A stretch of DNA of 64,000 nucleotides from an uncultured bacterium (lineage in GTDB: Bacteria > Ratteibacteria > UBA8468 > B48-G9 > DTJG01), in the NCBI GenBank assembly GCA_964609735.1, contig CAZSTE010000001.1, positions 5,052 through 69,051 on the forward strand, written 5' to 3'. Position 1 is the stretch's first letter. The number at the start of each line of letters is the position of its first letter. The notes beneath the pieces are model-generated. The model did not search any database and had not been told where the DNA came from. It saw only the letters and a list, made by a program, of their open reading frames with translations. Both the position numbers and the translations under genes were made by a program. Below are positions 63,668 through 64,000 of this stretch, in pieces.

Positions 63668-64000
63668 GCAGGCTTCAGAGATTTTTTGAAGATAATAAAG
63701 AAAATTATTCAGGGAAACATCCGGAGGTACTGCATGGTCGGCATGGGCGATATAACCGCCTTCTTCCATTAACGGGAAAATCCGATTGATTTCCTCATCA
63801 ATTGCTTTCTCGCCGTGCGCGAGCGCTCTTTTATCAACCCCACCCCATATTCTCAAATCCTTCCCGTATTTTTTTCTTACCTCTATCACGTCCATTCCTG
63901 CCTGAACCTCAAAGGGATAAAGAAAATTTAATCCTGCATCCAGCCACACGGGAATAAGAGAATCAATATACCCATCGCTATCAAGTCCTATAAAGCGTAC
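63650..64000 (-). CDS. C-terminal part of a uroporphyrinogen-decarboxylase (URO-D)-family protein (HemE/MtaA-like); the N-terminus lies off-window
   Basis: ...GGYIAHADHAVPPDVSLNNFLYYL resembles URO-D family C-termini. The reading frame stays open to the window edge; the track's M is a GTG. Confidence 0.55.
   Translation of the reverse strand, partial: VRFIGLDSDGYIDSLIPVWLDAGLNFLYPFEVQAGMDVIEVRKKYGKDLRIWGGVDKRALAHGEKAIDEEINRIFPLMEEGGYIAHADHAVPPDVSLNNFLYYLQKISEACEKIKG

Overview
This 64-kb window comes from an AT-rich bacterium (roughly 60% A+T by eye, not computed). Start codons carry strong GGAGG-type Shine-Dalgarno sites and an MlaFED-type ABC transporter is present, so the organism is probably diderm; I cannot assign it to a taxon. 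The dominant feature is structural. Positions 1..29091 recur, apparently base for base, at 31393..60483, a period of 31,392 bp. This is a head-to-tail tandem duplication. The repeat unit is 29092..60483 (dnaJ, argJ, ispD and onward to a point inside a giant secreted-protein gene), and the window opens partway through the first copy. The junction at 29091/29092 cuts the 1353-aa secreted-protein gene and places its 3' fragment 42 bp downstream of dnaJ. One unit carries a long co-directional housekeeping array on the - strand: rpsF-ssb-rpsR-rplI-dnaB-mlaE-mlaF-mlaD-radA-yacL-ispD-argJ-dnaJ. Next come a + strand operon (standalone CoaC-like flavoprotein, class-III aminotransferase, degenerate YchF-like protein), then an Isf-type flavoprotein, an amidohydrolase, a LysE exporter, an overlapping PHP-phosphoesterase/transglutaminase-like pair, a small secreted or lipoprotein candidate and a Gfo/Idh/MocA oxidoreductase. 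After those come groES-groEL with a clean terminator, acyP-queF, and a carbohydrate-related block (sugar-phosphate isomerase, 655-aa conserved hypothetical, NAD-epimerase, beta-CASP MBL hydrolase, giant 1353-aa secreted protein). Downstream of copy 2 lie the intact 5' end of the giant gene, a PfkB sugar kinase, a 71-aa protein that is essentially a bare dockerin module, and a URO-D-family gene fragment at the window edge. I found no rRNA, tRNA, CRISPR array, transposase or integrase. ORF-track starts shown as M are often GTG or TTG; I re-picked several starts on ATG plus SD evidence.
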